Assembly (NCBI RefSeq): GCF_041886205.1
Contig: NZ_CP169029.1
From: Escherichia coli
Lineage (GTDB): Bacteria; Pseudomonadota; Gammaproteobacteria; Enterobacterales; Enterobacteriaceae
Reading direction: 5' to 3' (one strand)
Length of the DNA stretch: 64,000 nt
Numbering within the stretch: position 1 is the stretch's first letter; each line of letters begins with the position of its first letter. The notes under the pieces are model-generated. The model was not told where the DNA came from. It did not search any database and saw only the letters and a list, made by a program, of their open reading frames with translations. A program made the position numbers and the translations under genes. Shown piece after piece: positions 44,773 to 57,752 of this stretch.

Positions 44773-45405
44773 ATGAAACCAACGTCGGTGATCATTATGG
44801 ATACTCATCCTATCATCAGAATGTCTATTGAAGTTCTGTTGCAAAAAAACAGTGAATTGCAGATTGTCCTGAAAACGGATGATTACCGCATAACCATCGA
44901 TTATCTCCGAACCCGTCCTGTTGATTTAATCATTATGGATATAGACTTGCCCGGAACAGACGGTTTTACCTTCCTGAAAAGGATCAAACAAATCCAGAGC
45001 ACAGTGAAAGTGTTATTTTTATCATCGAAATCAGAATGCTTTTATGCTGGCAGAGCGATACAAGCTGGTGCTAACGGTTTTGTCAGTAAATGCAATGATC
45101 AGAATGATATTTTTCATGCCGTTCAGATGATCCTCTCCGGATACACGTTTTTTCCCAGCGAAACGCTTAACTATATAAAAAGCAATAAATGTAGTACGAA
45201 TAGTTCAACGGTCACTGTGCTATCTAATCGTGAAGTGACCATATTACGTTATCTGGTTAGCGGATTATCTAATAAAGAAATTGCCGATAAGTTATTACTT
45301 AGCAATAAAACAGTTAGTGCGCATAAATCTAATATTTATGGCAAACTAGGTTTGCATTCAATTGTAGAGCTTATCGACTACGCCAAATTATACGAATTAA
45401 TATAA
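44773..45405 (+). CDS. fimZ: LuxR/NarL-family response regulator FimZ
   Basis: MKPTSVIIMDTHPIIRMSIEVLLQKNSELQ; 210 aa from the ATG at 44773. Confidence 0.9.
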   Translation: MKPTSVIIMDTHPIIRMSIEVLLQKNSELQIVLKTDDYRITIDYLRTRPVDLIIMDIDLPGTDGFTFLKRIKQIQSTVKVLFLSSKSECFYAGRAIQAGANGFVSKCNDQNDIFHAVQMILSGYTFFPSETLNYIKSNKCSTNSSTVTVLSNREVTILRYLVSGLSNKEIADKLLLSNKTVSAHKSNIYGKLGLHSIVELIDYAKLYELI

Positions 45406-45407
45406 TA

Positions 45408-45923
45408 TTAATTATAATTGATCATAAAAATCGCATCCGCTTTCGCCACACCTGGCTGAACACCGCTGGCTAACGCTCGATAATTGGCAAAAAAGTTTAG
45501 TGTGACATTGCCATTTGCATCTACTTCCTCAGTCGGGCTCGCCGCTCCCAGTGCGAGCCGGGAGCGATCGCTATTACGTAATTCGATGGCGACGGTTTGT
45601 GCCATTGCGGGATCATCCAGAGCCAGCAAGTTGGCATCGGATGCCGGCGTTCCCGTAAATAAAATCGCAACTGAACCCGGAGGACATCCCTCCAGCCGCA
45701 GGCTAAAAGGGACGAGTGCCGTGGTATCGCCAGCGTTCAGTAATTGTGTCGTAGGCCATCTGCCTAAATCTACCGTCTTATCAATATCCGCAGTGTTTAC
45801 GGTACAGGAGAAATCAACAACGTTACCGTGCAAATTGATATTAATCGTTCCCAAAGGGTCAGCTGCCCATCCACTGGAACTCCACAGTAACCCGCAGAAA
45901 CAGCTAAAGAGTACTCTTCTCAT
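45408..45923 (-). CDS. sfmF: fimbrial-like protein SfmF
   Basis: MRRVLFSCFCGLLWSSSGWAADPLGTININ; 171 aa from the ATG at 45923. Confidence 0.85.
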   Translation of the reverse strand: MRRVLFSCFCGLLWSSSGWAADPLGTININLHGNVVDFSCTVNTADIDKTVDLGRWPTTQLLNAGDTTALVPFSLRLEGCPPGSVAILFTGTPASDANLLALDDPAMAQTVAIELRNSDRSRLALGAASPTEEVDANGNVTLNFFANYRALASGVQPGVAKADAIFMINYN

Positions 45924-45933
45924 TTTCCGTACC

Positions 45934-46941
45934 TCATTGATAATCGACGCGTAAATACCCCAGCGCGCTAAACGGCCCTTCGGTCGGTTTTTGACCGGTA
46001 ATACTGATAGGCCAGGCGCGAAGTGTGACATTGGCTGCCGCAGCTGCATCCAGACGGAAAGGAATAACGCTATTGAGATCGTTAGGCGTGATCGGCGTAT
46101 CGTTCTGATCGGCGACAATAAAACCTAAATCCTGATTGTCCGACACCATCGCCTGACCAGAAACGGCACTGGCTTCCAGACGCATTGTTAAATAAGCCTG
46201 CGCAGCAACATTCGTACATTTGACCGCAATGCTCTTGGTTTGCGGCATGACACCAGCAGGCCGATTACCCGGCCCTGCCGCACTAAATAACGATGCGCCG
46301 ATATCACCAAAATCAAATTCAACAATCTGCCCGGCATTTAATTCGCAGTTTTGCGGTACTTCAACCCGGCCACCAAAACTAATGGTATAAACAGGTGTAA
46401 CCAACGGATCGTAAGGCGTTGATGTCACATACACGGTAAACATCACCTGTCTGGGGATCTCCACCATGTTAATAAAGGGACGAATAACCTTTAAACGAAA
46501 TATTAAACGAGAATCCATCACCCCGAATGGAAGGTTTTGTGAAACGTTAGGATCTGTTCCCATCCGAATATAATTTTGCGGGGGGAACTGAATATCCATC
46601 ACACTATCAACCAGACTCATCGCACCTAATAGATAATCATTTAATTGCATATATTTATAATTATCGATAGTTTCCTGAACAATAAAGTTGGTGACATAAC
46701 TACGGTATGTATAATTCACCAGCGTGCCGGGTGGACAAATTGCTGAGACACCTACCCAGCCGGATTTTTCCGGTAAAACAACAATCTGCCCTGGCTGGTT
46801 ATTGGTGCTATTAAAGATATTTGAAAGATCATAGTGTTCATCTTCTGCTACGCCAGTACTATTTGCACAAACAGTAGCCCAGGATATGTTTGCCAGACAC
46901 AAACATGCCATCGCCAATAATAATCTGCAGATTATCTTCAT
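45934..46941 (-). CDS. sfmH: fimbrial adhesin-like protein SfmH
   Basis: ORF MKIICRLLLAMACLCLANISWATV...; a start at the second Met (46911) is possible. Confidence 0.85.
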   Translation of the reverse strand: MKIICRLLLAMACLCLANISWATVCANSTGVAEDEHYDLSNIFNSTNNQPGQIVVLPEKSGWVGVSAICPPGTLVNYTYRSYVTNFIVQETIDNYKYMQLNDYLLGAMSLVDSVMDIQFPPQNYIRMGTDPNVSQNLPFGVMDSRLIFRLKVIRPFINMVEIPRQVMFTVYVTSTPYDPLVTPVYTISFGGRVEVPQNCELNAGQIVEFDFGDIGASLFSAAGPGNRPAGVMPQTKSIAVKCTNVAAQAYLTMRLEASAVSGQAMVSDNQDLGFIVADQNDTPITPNDLNSVIPFRLDAAAAANVTLRAWPISITGQKPTEGPFSALGYLRVDYQ

Positions 46942-46953
46942 TGATAATTTCCT

Positions 46954-49563
46954 TTATGAGCCAGGATGTGTGCAAACTGCCGAAATAACAGTGACGGCTT
47001 GCTGTAAGCTTTGCTTCGGCAATACATAGTGCGCAATGCAGCGTGAGTTCGCGCCGTCTCCCCACTGAACCAGTAATTCACCAGACAATGGCGCACCACT
47101 TAAATAAACTTGCCCGTCATCACCCACCATACTGGTTATTCCGGTACTGTTTTCCCGTACCAGTGATCCAAACGGCACCGGTTTTCCGCCCTGGGTAACG
47201 GTAATGAGCGCCCGCACGCCTATGCGGGTATCAAAATTGGCACGAACCAACGCGCCTTGCGTCGGCACAACGCTGCTAATATTTTTTTCAACATCGATGG
47301 AATTCCCCATCGTATTGGTATCAAGCGCGATACGGTTATACCGATAAACCGTGGCATACGGCATCACCGCATAGCCGCGCCAGTCAGTTAAAATGCCAGT
47401 TTGATTTTCAATGCGTACACCGCCTGCGCCAGGCGCTTTAATCAAAACATTGGTATCCCCTAAAGGCTGGCTCAGCGTTATGCCATTTTCGTGCCCGACC
47501 ACACCGCCAGACAGCTGCCAGTTAACGTCATGTTGATCACGGTCGTAGTTATACCCGACCCCCAGCGTACCGTAAGCGGCCTGCCAGTTTGCCGTGGCGC
47601 TGCCCGTATACCCATTATTCGAGGTATCACCCTGGCTTACGTGATAACTCAGGTTGTGGCCTTCCAGTAAGGTCCCACCTACACCTGCCAGCCAGCTATT
47701 TTGCCCGTTGCTGTTACGGTTGGCGTTAAAGGAGGCATAAGCGCGGTCGAGCGCATTTTCCCGGGTGTAGCGACGTTTGGTCAGAACATTGAAAGGCACT
47801 GAAACATTAAGTCCGACAATACGTTCGTTATCGGGGATCCCTACAGATTCATTCCACGAAAATGAGAGTGAATAACTGATGCCAACCCAGCTGCTGGTAT
47901 ACCCCACCTGATACCAGGTATCTGAATCCGAAGTATTCCAGTATTTTTGATGGGTACCAGAGATATAAAGCGAGCCAAAGTCATTAAGTGATTGTGAAAT
48001 ATTTAACTGCAAACGGTCTTTACGGCTAAAGCGTAAATTGTGGTAATTCACGATTATCGGTTCATCGCGATGCTCACCGTCGTAATCGTAATCATATTCG
48101 TACCCCTCCATTCGACGATACGCAACATCATCAAGGGTATAAAAACCTTGTGTCGAATAGCGGTAACCCATTAACTGAAAATTGGTGCCGAAGGTGTTCA
48201 TCGATTTCGCATAGAGGAAGCGAATGGAATCCCCCTCATGACGACTGTCGTCGGCTAACTGACTGCGCGCATGGGTCACATCCAGCGACACTGCGCCCCA
48301 GTTCCCGAGGTTGCGCCCCAGCCCTAATAAAAAGGCGGTGTAATTGGCAGATAATTGCGTCCCGCCGTAGGCAGTAAATTCCTGTGGTAAACCGCCGAGT
48401 GCCGTGCCCTGAAAAAAGAAAGGTGATGATTGCTGACTATTACCGCTACGAAAATCGCCCGCCGTCAGGTCAAATTTGAAACGCCCTTCGCGTTGTAAAA
48501 TCGGCACTGTTGAATACGGAATTGTGTAATTCTGCTGATTGCCATCGCGCTCGTCGATGGTGACATCCAGATCGCCATTTGAAGATGTCGGGTGCAAATC
48601 TGTAATTTCAAAAGCGCCGGGGGAAACATAGCTTTGATAGATAATAAAACCATTTTGCCGAATCGTTAGCTGGGCCGCCGTACGGGCAATCCCACGTACC
48701 GTTGGGGCAAATCCTTGCTGGCTATCAGGATACATATTATCGGAAGAATAAAGCCGTACACCACGAAATCCAACACCATCGAAAATATCACTTCCTGTAT
48801 TGCCGTCTCCCATTACCAGTTCACTTTTCAGCGGAATAATGGCGCGCTGTACCCAGGTGCCAATATTATTCCACTGTTCTGAATGATATCCATTTCCGCG
48901 AAAATAGTTCCAGGAACCATTGTTGCGTAAACGCCACGGGCCAATATTAATCCCGCTGAGTTCACTAAAAAAATAGCTATCGTTACCATTACCTCTGTTA
49001 CCGGTGAAATTATAATTCAGGAGTAAAGCAGGAATACCTTCATCCCACTCTTCAGGCGGAATGTAACCGTGAGCGCTACTCAACAACGCTATCTGAGGAA
49101 TAGTGATGTTCAGGCGCATCGCTGCAAAATCAAAGTTAATTGTGGCATCAGGTACAGCTTTCAGTAAATTGATGCATTTATTGTTTTGCTGCTGGGCTAA
49201 CTCGGGAAATGCACTGCTATTAAGGCCAATTCGTTCAAGGAGTACCTGGTTAAAACAGGGCATTAACCCACCTGATTTATCACCTGTATTTTCTGTTGTC
49301 GATTCAAATACGATATCCTGTGAACCAATGAACTCATCATTACGCCAGAGATCTACCCGATACACGCCCGCAGGTTGATGATTACCTCTCTCAAAGCGCG
49401 ATAAATCAGCAACGGATGTGCCATTCTCTAATAAAAATGCCGGGTTGAAATAACTTTCCGCATAGCTTAAAAAGGAGGGTAAAATGGCAAGAGATGAATA
49501 ACAAATTCCGGCCAGACACCAGGTATACCTCTGCGGAATATCCGTAGTAGTGGGTATTTTCAT
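46954..49563 (-). CDS. sfmD: fimbrial usher SfmD
   Basis: 869 aa outer membrane usher. Confidence 0.92.
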   Translation of the reverse strand: MKIPTTTDIPQRYTWCLAGICYSSLAILPSFLSYAESYFNPAFLLENGTSVADLSRFERGNHQPAGVYRVDLWRNDEFIGSQDIVFESTTENTGDKSGGLMPCFNQVLLERIGLNSSAFPELAQQQNNKCINLLKAVPDATINFDFAAMRLNITIPQIALLSSAHGYIPPEEWDEGIPALLLNYNFTGNRGNGNDSYFFSELSGINIGPWRLRNNGSWNYFRGNGYHSEQWNNIGTWVQRAIIPLKSELVMGDGNTGSDIFDGVGFRGVRLYSSDNMYPDSQQGFAPTVRGIARTAAQLTIRQNGFIIYQSYVSPGAFEITDLHPTSSNGDLDVTIDERDGNQQNYTIPYSTVPILQREGRFKFDLTAGDFRSGNSQQSSPFFFQGTALGGLPQEFTAYGGTQLSANYTAFLLGLGRNLGNWGAVSLDVTHARSQLADDSRHEGDSIRFLYAKSMNTFGTNFQLMGYRYSTQGFYTLDDVAYRRMEGYEYDYDYDGEHRDEPIIVNYHNLRFSRKDRLQLNISQSLNDFGSLYISGTHQKYWNTSDSDTWYQVGYTSSWVGISYSLSFSWNESVGIPDNERIVGLNVSVPFNVLTKRRYTRENALDRAYASFNANRNSNGQNSWLAGVGGTLLEGHNLSYHVSQGDTSNNGYTGSATANWQAAYGTLGVGYNYDRDQHDVNWQLSGGVVGHENGITLSQPLGDTNVLIKAPGAGGVRIENQTGILTDWRGYAVMPYATVYRYNRIALDTNTMGNSIDVEKNISSVVPTQGALVRANFDTRIGVRALITVTQGGKPVPFGSLVRENSTGITSMVGDDGQVYLSGAPLSGELLVQWGDGANSRCIAHYVLPKQSLQQAVTVISAVCTHPGS

Positions 49564-49593
49564 AATTAGCTCTGATATTGTCAGATGATTCGG

Positions 49594-50286
49594 TTAGTTT
49601 AAGTTCACTTCTCTGACCGGGGTTACTGAACCATAATCATTAACGGTCTGAAATTTCAGCTTTCCCTGCACTCCTGAGGGTAAGGGAATTTGTGAATTAA
49701 CTCTGGGTGCAGCCATAGCATTCCCCAGTTTTTGGCTGCCCACTTGCAAGTTAACCAGGGTGACATAAAAAGGTGATGGATTATGAACATTGATATAGTT
49801 ACCGGATCGCGAAAACTTGAGTGTGTCCGGCGCTTCTGCGGGTAATTCTTGTAATTGAATTGGACGGAGAAATAACTTCATGCGCGATAAAATCGCCAGT
49901 TGCAAAACATTCCTGCCGTTCAATGCATTTTTATCTACCGAAGGGATCGTCTTAACATTCATCCAGAACAGAGACTCACGATCTGCCGCCAGCGGTGGAC
50001 CGGTGTAAATAATACGCAAAGTATTTTCGCTTTTGGGTTCACTAACAAACAGTGGCGGTGTAATGATGAATGACTTTTCTTTTACACCGCTGCTGTTTTC
50101 AATCCACGAATTGACCAGAAAGCGCTCATTGGTATGGCTATTTCTAATCCATACTGCAGTCTGTTTAGCATCAGCGGGATAAATAATACGCGTGGCACCT
50201 AATGCGATCCCTCCGGCAGCATGGGCGCTGGCCGAAATGATTAAATAAAATATAATGAGCATCAATAACTTTATTTTAGTCATCAT
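49594..50286 (-). CDS. sfmC: periplasmic pilus chaperone SfmC
   Basis: 230 aa PapD-like chaperone with signal peptide. Confidence 0.92.
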   Translation of the reverse strand: MMTKIKLLMLIIFYLIISASAHAAGGIALGATRIIYPADAKQTAVWIRNSHTNERFLVNSWIENSSGVKEKSFIITPPLFVSEPKSENTLRIIYTGPPLAADRESLFWMNVKTIPSVDKNALNGRNVLQLAILSRMKLFLRPIQLQELPAEAPDTLKFSRSGNYINVHNPSPFYVTLVNLQVGSQKLGNAMAAPRVNSQIPLPSGVQGKLKFQTVNDYGSVTPVREVNLN

Positions 50287-50505
50287 AGTTAATACGCCTT
50301 GTGTATTCCTGACGGCAAAAATAAGAAATATAAAGAAATGATTGCTTTGGTTTCTTACAACACATCATTCCCTTTTCATTTAATAAAGCGGCATGATACA
50401 AAGTGAACATGATTTCGATTTACATTGCCACCATACCGCTTCAGACAACCGGTACATTACTTTGTTATAAGACGTGATATATAATTCAAAACAACGTGGT
50501 TTTGA

Positions 50506-51048
50506 TTATTCGTATCTCATAATAAAAGTCGCGTCAGCATTTGCTTGCCCTGCTGATGCACTTGTACCGGTGCCTTTATAACGTGCAGAAAAATGAAGAA
50601 CGTTGGTCCCGGGGATCAAGTTCTGGTTGGTTGAGAAGCTATTCCCATCAGGTTTGAGAATTGCGGATGTATTATCAAGTATTTCAATACCGACACCCGT
50701 TGCTGTTGTTGTATTGGTACTGGATGCAATGGCCAATAAATTATCATTGATTGCATCAGCCTGACCAGAAAATGCAACGGCAGCATTAGCGGCAACAACA
50801 GGATCGCAGTCGTTCAACTGAATGGTGAATGGAATTAATGCAGAGGTATTACCAACAGCATTGAAAATATCGGTACGATATTGACCGAGTGTGACAACCT
50901 GGTCTACCGAGTCAGTATTCACTGAACAGGCAGCATTCACCAGTTCGCCTTCAAAGTGAATTGTACCGCCATCTACAACGGCAGCATAACTACCCGTAGC
51001 GGCGAATAGTGCGGCAGCCAGCGCAGACGAAATAAATCTTAATTTCAT
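50506..51048 (-). CDS. sfmA: type 1-like fimbrial major subunit SfmA
   Basis: [43 protein letters not shown]; 180 aa from the ATG at 51048. Confidence 0.88.
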   Translation of the reverse strand: MKLRFISSALAAALFAATGSYAAVVDGGTIHFEGELVNAACSVNTDSVDQVVTLGQYRTDIFNAVGNTSALIPFTIQLNDCDPVVAANAAVAFSGQADAINDNLLAIASSTNTTTATGVGIEILDNTSAILKPDGNSFSTNQNLIPGTNVLHFSARYKGTGTSASAGQANADATFIMRYE

Positions 51049-51519
51049 ATATATTCCTTCAATCTCATTTATCGACTCCACATCCGTATATAACCGATTA
51101 CTTTATTTAAGACACTGATAGTAGTAAAATTCCTTTTTATCCTCTAAGAATGTCTTAATTGAAAATATGCACTCTATTCTAAAAAATAGAGAGCCCCGTT
51201 AGATGAATACTTCCGCGCAAAATATATTCAACACAAATATAGACCTGAAGCGGTAAATTACCAGGCTGAAAATTCTTTTTATATTGTCAGGTATTTCTTA
51301 AATTATCTTAATCCTTAAACAAGGAAATAAATCAGTTCCAGATTTACAACGCCATCATGGACGAAAAATGAAGCTTTCAATCTCAGCGACGGTGCGCCTC
51401 ACCTTCGCAAGAGGTCGCTTCACGCGATAAATCTGAAACGAAACCTGACAGCGCGCCCCGCTTCTGACAAAATAGGCGCATCCCCTTCGACCTACGTAAC
51501 AGATGGAATCCTCTCTCTG

Positions 51520-52386
51520 ATGGCAGCAAAGATTATTGACGGTAAAACGATTGCGCAGCAGGTGCGCTCTGAAGTTGCTCAAAAAGTTCAGGCGCGTATT
51601 GCAGCCGGACTGCGGGCACCAGGACTGGCCGTTGTGCTGGTGGGTAGTAACCCTGCATCGCAAATTTATGTCGCAAGCAAACGCAAGGCTTGTGAAGAAG
51701 TCGGGTTCGTCTCCCGCTCTTATGACCTCCCGGAAACCACCAGCGAAGCGGAGCTGTTGGAGCTTATCGATGCGCTGAATGCCGACAACACCATCGATGG
51801 CATTCTGGTTCAACTGCCGTTACCGGCGGGTATTGATAACGTCAAAGTGCTGGAACGTATTCATCCGGACAAAGACGTGGACGGTTTCCATCCTTACAAC
51901 GTCGGTCGTCTGTGCCAGCGCGCGCCGCGTCTGCGTCCCTGCACCCCGCGCGGTATCGTCACGCTGCTTGAGCGTTACAACATTGATACCTTCGGCCTCA
52001 ACGCCGTGGTGATTGGCGCATCGAATATCGTTGGCCGCCCGATGAGCATGGAACTGCTGCTGGCAGGTTGCACCACTACCGTTACCCACCGTTTCACTAA
52101 AAATCTGCGTCACCACGTAGAAAATGCCGATCTACTGATCGTTGCCGTCGGCAAGCCGGGCTTTATTCCTGGTGACTGGATCAAAGAAGGCGCAATTGTG
52201 ATTGATGTTGGCATCAACCGTCTGGAAAATGGCAAAGTTGTGGGCGACGTCGTGTTTGAAGACGCGGCTAAACGCGCCTCATACATTACGCCTGTTCCCG
52301 GCGGCGTTGGCCCGATGACGGTTGCCACGCTGATTGAAAACACGCTACAGGCGTGCGTTGAATATCATGATCCACAGGATGAGTAA
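51520..52386 (+). CDS. folD: bifunctional methylene-THF dehydrogenase/methenyl-THF cyclohydrolase FolD
   Basis: 288 aa [30 protein letters not shown]. Confidence 0.95.
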
Positions 52387-52387
52387 C

Positions 52388-52600
52388 ATGGCGACATTTT
52401 CTTTAGGTAAACATCCGCACGTTGAGCTGTGCGACTTGCTGAAACTGGAAGGCTGGAGCGAAAGCGGCGCGCAGGCGAAAATCGCGATTGCCGAAGGCCA
52501 GGTGAAAGTCGACGGCGCGGTTGAAACGCGCAAACGCTGCAAAATCGTCGCCGGTCAGACAGTGAGTTTTGCAGGTCACAGCGTACAGGTTGTTGCCTGA
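52388..52600 (+). CDS. ybcJ: S4-like RNA-binding protein YbcJ
   Basis: MATFSLGKHPHVELCDLLKLEGWSESGAQAKIAIAEGQVKVDGAVETRKRCKIVAGQ; 70 aa from the ATG at 52388. Confidence 0.85.
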   Translation: MATFSLGKHPHVELCDLLKLEGWSESGAQAKIAIAEGQVKVDGAVETRKRCKIVAGQTVSFAGHSVQVVA

Positions 52601-52607
52601 TCCCTTT

Positions 52608-52640
52608 CCCGGCCTGTATCAACAGGCCGGTTCTCTTTTC
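52608..52640 (+). terminator. intrinsic terminator after ybcJ
   Basis: cccggcctg-tatcaa-caggccgg hairpin followed by ttctcttttcagattttt. Confidence 0.7.
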
Positions 52641-52707
52641 AGATTTTTGCCCTCTACGCCCCGTTCATCCATGCTGATAGCATCGACATTTTGCCGAAGC
52701 GACCATC

Positions 52708-53229
52708 ATGCCAACCGTTATTACGCACGCCGCCGTTCCCCTATGCATTGGTTTAGGGTTGGGTTCGAAAGTCATCCCTCCGCGTCTGTTATTTGCCGGA
52801 ATCATCCTGGCGATGCTGCCCGACGCCGACGTATTGTCGTTTAAATTTGGCGTTGCTTACGGCAATGTTTTTGGTCATCGCGGGTTTACCCATTCGCTGG
52901 TGTTTGCGTTTGTTGTCCCGCTGTTATGTGTGTTTATTGGACGCCGATGGTTCAGGGCTGGGCTGATTCGCTGCTGGCTGTTTTTAACCGTCTCGTTGCT
53001 ATCGCACAGCTTGCTGGATTCGGTAACCACTGGCGGTAAAGGCGTTGGCTGGCTGTGGCCGTGGTCAGATGAACGCTTTTTCGCTCCCTGGCAGGTGATA
53101 AAAGTCGCGCCGTTTGCATTGTCTCGTTACACCACGCCGTACGGGCATCAGGTGATTATTTCTGAATTGATGTGGGTGTGGTTGCCGGGGATGCTACTGA
53201 TGGGAATGTTGTGGTGGCGCAGACGATAA
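52708..53229 (+). CDS. ybcI: inner membrane protein YbcI (DUF457)
   Basis: 173 aa hydrophobic ORF MPTVITHAAVPLCIGLGLG. Confidence 0.85.
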   Translation: MPTVITHAAVPLCIGLGLGSKVIPPRLLFAGIILAMLPDADVLSFKFGVAYGNVFGHRGFTHSLVFAFVVPLLCVFIGRRWFRAGLIRCWLFLTVSLLSHSLLDSVTTGGKGVGWLWPWSDERFFAPWQVIKVAPFALSRYTTPYGHQVIISELMWVWLPGMLLMGMLWWRRR

Positions 53230-53253
53230 CCGGATGCGAAAACTCGCATCCGG
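53230..53253. terminator. bidirectional terminator hairpin between convergent ybcI and cysS
   Basis: ccggatgcga-aaac-tcgcatccgg perfect 10 bp stem. Confidence 0.65.
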
Positions 53254-53264
53254 CAATAGCGCAA

Positions 53265-54650
53265 TTACTTACGACGCCAGGTGGTCCCTTGCGGGCCATC
53301 TTCCAGCACGATCCCCATCTCGTTAAGACGATCACGCGCCGCATCCGCCGCCGCCCAGTCTTTCGCTTTACGGGCATCCAGACGCTGTTGAATTAACGCT
53401 TCAATCTCAGCCACTTCGCTGTCGTCTGCCTGCGCGCCGCTTTGCAGGAACGCTTCCGGTTCTTGCTCCAGCAGGCCCAATACAGCGGAAAGTTTACGCA
53501 GGTGAGATGCCATTGCATTCGCCGCTGCCATATCTTCTGCTTTCAGACGGTTTACTTCACGCGCCATATCAAACAGTACGGAATAGGCTTCCGGGGTGTT
53601 GAAATCGTCGTCCATCGCTTCAATAAAGCGCGCTTCAAACGCTTCGCCACCGGCAGGCGCAACGGTTTTATCTGTGCCGCGCAGCGCAGTGTAGAGACGC
53701 TCCAGCGCCGCACGCGCCTGCTTCAGGTTCTCTTCGCTGTAGTTCAACTGGCTGCGATAGTGGCCCGACATCAGGAAGTAACGCACGGTTTCCGCGTCGT
53801 AGTATTTCAGCACATCGCGCACGGTAAAGAAGTTACCCAGCGATTTGGACATCTTCTCGCGGTCAACCATCACCATTCCGGAGTGCATCCAGTAGTTCAC
53901 ATACTGACCATCATGGGCACAGGTGGACTGCGCGATTTCGTTCTCGTGGTGCGGGAACATCAGGTCTGAACCGCCGCCGTGGATATCAAAGTGGTTACCC
54001 AGCTGCTTGCAGTTCATGGCCGAACATTCAATGTGCCAGCCAGGACGACCCGCGCCCCACGGAGACGGCCAGCTCGGTTCGCCCTCTTTCGACATCTTCC
54101 ACAGAACGAAGTCCATCGGGTTGCGTTTGTCATCAACCACGTCAACGCGCGCGCCAGCCTGCAGCTGGTCGAGATCCTGACGCGACAGCACGCCATAAGT
54201 TGGATCGGTCGGGACGTCAAACATCACGTCGCCGTTGTCCGCCACATAAGCGTGACCTTTGGCGATCAGTTGTTCAGTGAGTTCAATAATTTCTGCGATA
54301 TGGTGCGTCGCGCGCGGCTCCATATCCGGGCGCAGAATGTTCAAAGCATCAAAATCTTTGTGCATTTCGGCGATCATGCGATCCACCAGCGCCACAAAGC
54401 TTTCGCCATTTTCATTGGCGCGTTTGATGATTTTGTCGTCGATATCGGTAATGTTGCGCACATACTTCAGTTTATAGCCGAGGAAACGCAGATAGCGCGC
54501 AACCACGTCAAAAGCAACAAAGGTACGCCCGTGACCGATATGACAGAGATCGTAAACGGTGATTCCACACACGTACATGCCGACTTCCCCGGCGTGAATA
54601 GGCTTAAATTCCTCTTTTTGGCGTGTCAGAGTATTGAAGATTTTTAGCAT
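53265..54650 (-). CDS. cysS: cysteinyl-tRNA synthetase CysS
   Basis: 461 aa with HIGH (HIGHGRT) and KMSKS motifs. Confidence 0.96.
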
Positions 54651-54823
54651 CGAAGATTCCGTTTAGACATGTGTGGGTAATTGAGTTGCGTATAATACCC
54701 ATATTTCCCGCGCGAATCAGCATACATTGCGTGATGATCCGATCGTGCGGTTATGCTATAACACCACCCTATATATGACCCGAACTGGGTTGAAGCACCA
54801 ATCAAACGGAACAGGATGCAAAA

Positions 54824-55318
54824 ATGGTTACTTTCCACACCAATCACGGCGATATTGTCATCAAAACTTTTGACGATAAAGCACCTGAAACAGTTAAAAA
54901 CTTCCTGGACTACTGCCGCGAAGGTTTTTACAACAACACCATTTTCCACCGTGTTATCAACGGCTTTATGATTCAGGGCGGCGGTTTTGAACCGGGCATG
55001 AAACAAAAAGCCACCAAAGAACCGATCAAAAACGAAGCCAACAACGGCCTGAAAAATACCCGTGGTACGCTGGCAATGGCACGTACTCAGGCTCCGCACT
55101 CTGCAACTGCACAGTTCTTCATCAACGTGGTTGATAACGACTTCCTGAACTTCTCTGGCGAAAGCCTGCAAGGTTGGGGCTACTGCGTGTTTGCTGAAGT
55201 GGTTGACGGCATGGACGTGGTAGACAAAATCAAAGGTGTTGCAACCGGTCGTAGCGGTATGCACCAGGACGTGCCAAAAGAAGACGTTATCATTGAAAGC
55301 GTGACCGTTAGCGAGTAA
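54824..55318 (+). CDS. ppiB: peptidyl-prolyl cis-trans isomerase B PpiB
   Basis: 164 aa cyclophilin [27 protein letters not shown]. Confidence 0.96.
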   Translation: MVTFHTNHGDIVIKTFDDKAPETVKNFLDYCREGFYNNTIFHRVINGFMIQGGGFEPGMKQKATKEPIKNEANNGLKNTRGTLAMARTQAPHSATAQFFINVVDNDFLNFSGESLQGWGYCVFAEVVDGMDVVDKIKGVATGRSGMHQDVPKEDVIIESVTVSE

Positions 55319-55320
55319 TC

Positions 55321-56043
55321 GTGGCGACACTCTTTATTGCAGATCTTCATCTCTGCGTGGAAGAACCGGCGATCACCGCCGGTTTTCTGCGTTTTTTAGC
55401 GGGGGAAGCCCGCAAGGCCGACGCGCTGTATATTCTTGGCGATCTGTTTGAAGCATGGATTGGCGACGACGATCCCAACCCACTCCATCGCAAGATGGCG
55501 GCGGCGATCAAAGCGGTGTCCGATTCCGGCGTTCCCTGTTATTTCATTCATGGCAACCGTGATTTTCTGCTCGGCAAACGCTTTGCCCGTGAAAGTGGCA
55601 TGACGTTATTGCCGGAAGAAAAGGTGCTCGAACTTTATGGTCGCCGGGTGTTGATTATGCATGGCGACACGCTGTGCACCGATGACGCGGGTTATCAGGC
55701 TTTTCGCGCCAAGGTCCACAAACCCTGGCTGCAGACGCTATTCCTCGCCCTGCCGTTGTTTGTGCGCAAACGCATTGCCGCGCGAATGCGCGCGAACAGC
55801 AAAGAAGCCAACAGCAGTAAATCGCTGGCGATCATGGACGTTAACCAAAACGCGGTGGTCAGTGCGATGGAAAAACATCAGGTGCAATGGCTGATCCACG
55901 GGCATACCCATCGCCCGGCGGTGCATGAACTTATCGCCAATCAGCAACCTGCTTTTCGCGTGGTACTGGGTGCCTGGCATACGGAAGGTTCAATGGTGAA
56001 AGTCACGGCGGATGACGTTGAGCTGATTCATTTTCCGTTTTAA
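55321..56043 (+). CDS. lpxH: UDP-2,3-diacylglucosamine hydrolase LpxH
   Basis: 240 aa calcineurin-like phosphoesterase [21 protein letters not shown] start. Confidence 0.93.
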   Translation: MATLFIADLHLCVEEPAITAGFLRFLAGEARKADALYILGDLFEAWIGDDDPNPLHRKMAAAIKAVSDSGVPCYFIHGNRDFLLGKRFARESGMTLLPEEKVLELYGRRVLIMHGDTLCTDDAGYQAFRAKVHKPWLQTLFLALPLFVRKRIAARMRANSKEANSSKSLAIMDVNQNAVVSAMEKHQVQWLIHGHTHRPAVHELIANQQPAFRVVLGAWHTEGSMVKVTADDVELIHFPF

Positions 56044-56073
56044 AAAACCCGCAACTTTGCTGATTTCACAGCC

Positions 56074-56089
56074 ACGCAACCGTTTTCCT
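56074..56089. promoter_or_regulatory. PurR operator (PUR box) upstream of purE
   Basis: acgcaaccgttttcct, matching the PUR box ACGCAAACGTTTTC-type palindrome, 72 bp upstream of the purE ATG. Confidence 0.75.
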
Positions 56090-56160
56090 TGCTCTCTTTC
56101 CGTGCTATTCTCTGTGCCCTCTAAAGCCGAGAGTTGTGCACCACAGGAGTTTTAAGACGC

Positions 56161-56670
56161 ATGTCTTCCCGCAATAATCCGGCGCGTGTCGCCATCGTGA
56201 TGGGGTCCAAAAGCGACTGGGCTACCATGCAGTTCGCCGCCGAAATCTTCGAAATCCTGAATGTCCCGCACCACGTTGAAGTGGTTTCTGCTCACCGCAC
56301 CCCCGATAAACTGTTCAGCTTCGCCGAAAGCGCCGAAGAGAACGGTTATCAGGTGATTATTGCGGGCGCAGGCGGCGCAGCGCATCTGCCAGGCATGATT
56401 GCCGCCAAAACGCTGGTGCCGGTGCTGGGCGTGCCAGTACAGAGCGCCGCACTGAGCGGTGTCGATAGCCTCTACTCCATCGTACAAATGCCGCGCGGCA
56501 TTCCGGTGGGTACGCTGGCGATTGGTAAAGCTGGCGCGGCAAACGCGGCGTTACTGGCAGCACAAATTCTTGCGACTCATGATAAAGAACTGCACCAGCG
56601 TCTGAATGACTGGCGCAAAGCCCAGACCGACGAAGTGCTGGAAAACCCGGACCCGCGAGGTGCGGCATGA
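56161..56670 (+). CDS. purE: N5-carboxyaminoimidazole ribonucleotide mutase PurE
   Basis: [30 protein letters not shown]; 169 aa. Confidence 0.95.
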   Translation: MSSRNNPARVAIVMGSKSDWATMQFAAEIFEILNVPHHVEVVSAHRTPDKLFSFAESAEENGYQVIIAGAGGAAHLPGMIAAKTLVPVLGVPVQSAALSGVDSLYSIVQMPRGIPVGTLAIGKAGAANAALLAAQILATHDKELHQRLNDWRKAQTDEVLENPDPRGAA

Positions 56671-57734
56671 AACAGGTTTGCGTCCTCGGTAACGGGCAGT
56701 TAGGCCGTATGCTGCGTCAGGCAGGCGAACCGTTAGGCATTGCTGTCTGGCCAGTCGGGCTGGACGCTGAACCGGCGGCGGTGCCTTTTCAACAAAGCGT
56801 GATTACCGCTGAGATAGAACGCTGGCCGGAAACCGCATTAACCCGCGAGCTGGCGCGCCATCCGGCCTTTGTGAACCGCGATGTGTTCCCGATTATTGCT
56901 GACCGTCTGACTCAGAAGCAGCTTTTCGATAAGCTCCACCTGCCGACTGCACCGTGGCAGTTACTTGCCGAACGCAGCGAGTGGCCTGCGGTGTTTGATC
57001 GTTTAGGTGAGCTGGCGATTGTTAAGCGTCGCACTGGTGGTTATGACGGTCGCGGTCAATGGCGTTTACGCGCAAATGAAACCGAACAGTTACCGGCAGA
57101 GTGTTACGGCGAATGTATTGTCGAGCAGGGCATTAACTTCTCTGGTGAAGTGTCGCTGGTTGGCGCGCACGGCTTTGATGGCAGCACCGTGTTTTATCCG
57201 CTGACGCATAACCTGCATCAGGACGGTATTTTGCGCACCAGCGTCGCTTTTCCGCAGGCCAACGCACAGCAGCAGGCGCAAGCCGAAGAGATGCTGTCGG
57301 CGATTATGCAGGAGCTGGGCTATGTGGGCGTGATGGCGATGGAGTGTTTTGTCACCCCGCAAGGTCTGCTGATCAACGAACTGGCTCCGCGTGTGCATAA
57401 CAGCGGTCACTGGACACAAAACGGTGCCAGCATCAGCCAGTTTGAGCTGCATCTGCGGGCGATTACCGATCTGCCGTTACCGCAACCAGTGGTGAATAAT
57501 CCGTCGGTGATGATCAATCTGATTGGTAGCGATGTGAATTATGACTGGCTGAAACTGCCGCTGGTGCATCTGCACTGGTACGACAAAGAAGTCCGTCCGG
57601 GCCGTAAAGTGGGGCATCTGAATTTGACCGACAGCGACACATCGCGTCTGTCCGCGACGCTGGAAGCCTTAATCCCGCTGCTGCCGCCGGAATATGCCAG
57701 CGGCGTGATGTGGGCACAGAGTAAGTTCAGTTAA
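56667..57734 (+). CDS. purK: N5-carboxyaminoimidazole ribonucleotide synthase PurK
   Basis: 355 aa ATP-grasp [23 protein letters not shown]; overlaps the purE stop. Confidence 0.95.
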   Translation: MKQVCVLGNGQLGRMLRQAGEPLGIAVWPVGLDAEPAAVPFQQSVITAEIERWPETALTRELARHPAFVNRDVFPIIADRLTQKQLFDKLHLPTAPWQLLAERSEWPAVFDRLGELAIVKRRTGGYDGRGQWRLRANETEQLPAECYGECIVEQGINFSGEVSLVGAHGFDGSTVFYPLTHNLHQDGILRTSVAFPQANAQQQAQAEEMLSAIMQELGYVGVMAMECFVTPQGLLINELAPRVHNSGHWTQNGASISQFELHLRAITDLPLPQPVVNNPSVMINLIGSDVNYDWLKLPLVHLHWYDKEVRPGRKVGHLNLTDSDTSRLSATLEALIPLLPPEYASGVMWAQSKFS

Positions 57735-57752
57735 CCTGGTGCTCATTTGATT

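Noticed and set aside
51355-51813. 152 aa minus-strand ORF overlapping the folD start
   Set aside because: Runs antisense across the folD 5' region; folD is strongly supported, so this is most likely non-coding.
53979-54647. 222 aa plus-strand ORF antisense to cysS
   Set aside because: Fully contained in the essential cysS gene on the other strand; no independent support.
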